Translations under genes and position numbers: made by a program
The notes under the pieces: model-generated
Told to the model about the DNA's origin: nothing
The model's database searches: none
Seen by the model: the letters and a program-made list of their open reading frames with translations, nothing else
Assembly (NCBI GenBank): GCA_003854995.1
Contig: RQOI01000083.1
Span: forward strand, 1 to 36,827
Length of the DNA: 36,827 bases
Direction: 5' to 3'
Source: Candidatus Zhuqueibacterota bacterium
GTDB lineage: Bacteria > Zhuqueibacterota > Zhuqueibacteria > Residuimicrobiales > Krinioviventaceae
In this document: positions 35,532 to 36,827 of the stretch, piece by piece
Layout: each line of letters begins with the position of its first letter
Position numbering within the stretch: position 1 is the stretch's first letter

Positions 35532-36827
35532 ATGGCACTGGACAGTCTCTATTTATCATTTTCACGGCACGCAGCCGTTCTCTTTCCCCTGCTGCTGATC
35601 GCCATCCTTTTTTCCATTTTTGTCTATCGTCGCACGAATCCGGCTGTATCGCTCTTCCTGCGCGGCACGCTGACGACTCTGCGGACGCTCAGCCTCTTGC
35701 TCCTGCTCTTTGTCATATATGAAACCACGCTCCATTTTCGCCAGCACAAAAACAATCCACCCATTTTGGCGATCGCTCTCGACAACACCGCCAGCATGAC
35801 CATCACGGACAGCAAAGGTCCTCGCCGGGCGATCCTGCGCGACATCCTCCAGAGTGATCCGCTGGCCGAACTGGAGCGCACGTTTGACGTCGTTTATTAC
35901 TCCTTTGCCAACGGCATTGAACCTTTTCAGCCCAAGCAGGGGGATTCGCTGAGCTTTGCCGGAGATGTGACCGACATCCGCGCAGCTGTCGAGCTCATCA
36001 AGGCGCAACATGCCACGCAGAACCTGACCGGCATTCTTTTAATTTCAGACGGCAGCTACAATGACGGCGGGAATCCTGTCCGCGATGCAGAGGGACTGGG
36101 CATCCCCATACACTCCATCGGCATCGGCTCCAGCGATCCAATGACCGATCTGGCGATCACCCGCGCAGAGGCCAATCCCTTCTCCTACGTCAATCAAAAT
36201 ACTCCAGTTCAAATGACAGTGCGAAATATGGGATTTGGAGAAATGGCCGTCCCCGTTGAACTCCGCCAGGATGGCGTGGTGATCAGTCGAGAAATCGTGC
36301 AGCTTGCCCCGGCACCCGCGGAAAAGACGGTGACCCTGCCTTTCACACCGCAAACGGTTGGCCGGCTGAAACTCGACCTCACCGTGCCGCAGCAGGTGGG
36401 TGAACAGATCATCGACAATAACTCGCGCACCCTGTACATAAATGTGCTCAAATCAAAGCTCAAGATCTTGCTGATCGCCGGCGCAGTAACGCCGGACATC
36501 ACGTTCATGAAAAAAATCCTGCAAAACGATCGCTATGAGATCGAAAATGTCGTTCACAAATCGAGTGGTGATTTTTATCAGCCGCCGCCGTCGCTCGCTG
36601 CGCTGCAAGAGATCGACATCTTTATATTCTATGACTACCCCATACGCGGCGCCGCGCCCTCATTCAACCAGAATCTGGCAGCCAGCCTGGACTCGAAAAA
36701 GCAGTCGGTCCTGTTCATCCCGGGCACGAATACATCGCTGCCAGATGTGGCAAAATTTGCCAATTTCATTCCCCTGCAAAACGCTGCCATGCTGCAACGG
36801 GAACAGCCCGTCATCGCCGAACCCTCA
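35532..36827 (+). CDS. 3'-truncated membrane-anchored VWA-domain protein
   Basis: Not in the ORF track because it has no stop in the window. ATG 35532 gives MALDSLYLSFSRHAAVLFPLLLIAILFSIFVYRRTNP... with two TM helices, MIDAS-like 'ALDNTASM', 'TDI' and 'LISDG', then a beta-rich domain. Confidence 0.85.
   Translation, partial: MALDSLYLSFSRHAAVLFPLLLIAILFSIFVYRRTNPAVSLFLRGTLTTLRTLSLLLLLFVIYETTLHFRQHKNNPPILAIALDNTASMTITDSKGPRRAILRDILQSDPLAELERTFDVVYYSFANGIEPFQPKQGDSLSFAGDVTDIRAAVELIKAQHATQNLTGILLISDGSYNDGGNPVRDAEGLGIPIHSIGIGSSDPMTDLAITRAEANPFSYVNQNTPVQMTVRNMGFGEMAVPVELRQDGVVISREIVQLAPAPAEKTVTLPFTPQTVGRLKLDLTVPQQVGEQIIDNNSRTLYINVLKSKLKILLIAGAVTPDITFMKKILQNDRYEIENVVHKSSGDFYQPPPSLAALQEIDIFIFYDYPIRGAAPSFNQNLAASLDSKKQSVLFIPGTNTSLPDVAKFANFIPLQNAAMLQREQPVIAEPS

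Noticed and set aside
1-36827. CRISPR arrays, rRNA, integrase/prophage genes or long tandem repeats
   Set aside because: None seen. Intergenic gaps are short, and the tRNA has no adjacent integrase or duplicated 3' end that I could find.

Overview
A gene-dense 36.8-kb window from a diderm bacterium. Gene style suggests an FCB-related lineage such as KSB1 or Calditrichota; this is inference, not a search result. The left end (1-5652, +) holds four poorly characterised genes: a 5'-truncated Ig-like/NHL-propeller protein, a deoxyhypusine-synthase-like protein and two orphan envelope proteins. The centre (5672-21530, -) is a tightly packed 12-gene surface-polysaccharide operon: STAS-HTH regulator, wza, wzc, uronate epimerase, priming transferase, GT4, AsnB-type amidotransferase, GlpD-like oxidoreductase, methyltransferase, epimerase, pyruvyl transferase and a flippase-like/acyltransferase fusion. 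A near-consensus sigma-54 promoter and two in-phase TGT-N11-ACA enhancer-like sites lie upstream of it. Next on the minus strand are glgA, a cpoB-like gene, an unusual barrel/TSP3/Ig/TM protein, lgt and lpxH. The right part (+) is mostly housekeeping: ispE, tRNA-Gln, prs, rplY, pth, rpsF, ssb, rpsR, rplI, a DUF3307 protein, a Zn-ribbon microprotein, a YbbR/CdaR-like protein, tsaD and a 3'-truncated VWA protein. The best candidate for a novel system is the sigma-54/enhancer-controlled polysaccharide operon. It is led by an anti-anti-sigma (STAS) protein fused to an IS481-transposase-like HTH, lacks wzx/wzy and is rich in tailoring enzymes. No CRISPR array, rRNA or intact mobile element was seen. 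All family calls come from reading motifs by eye.
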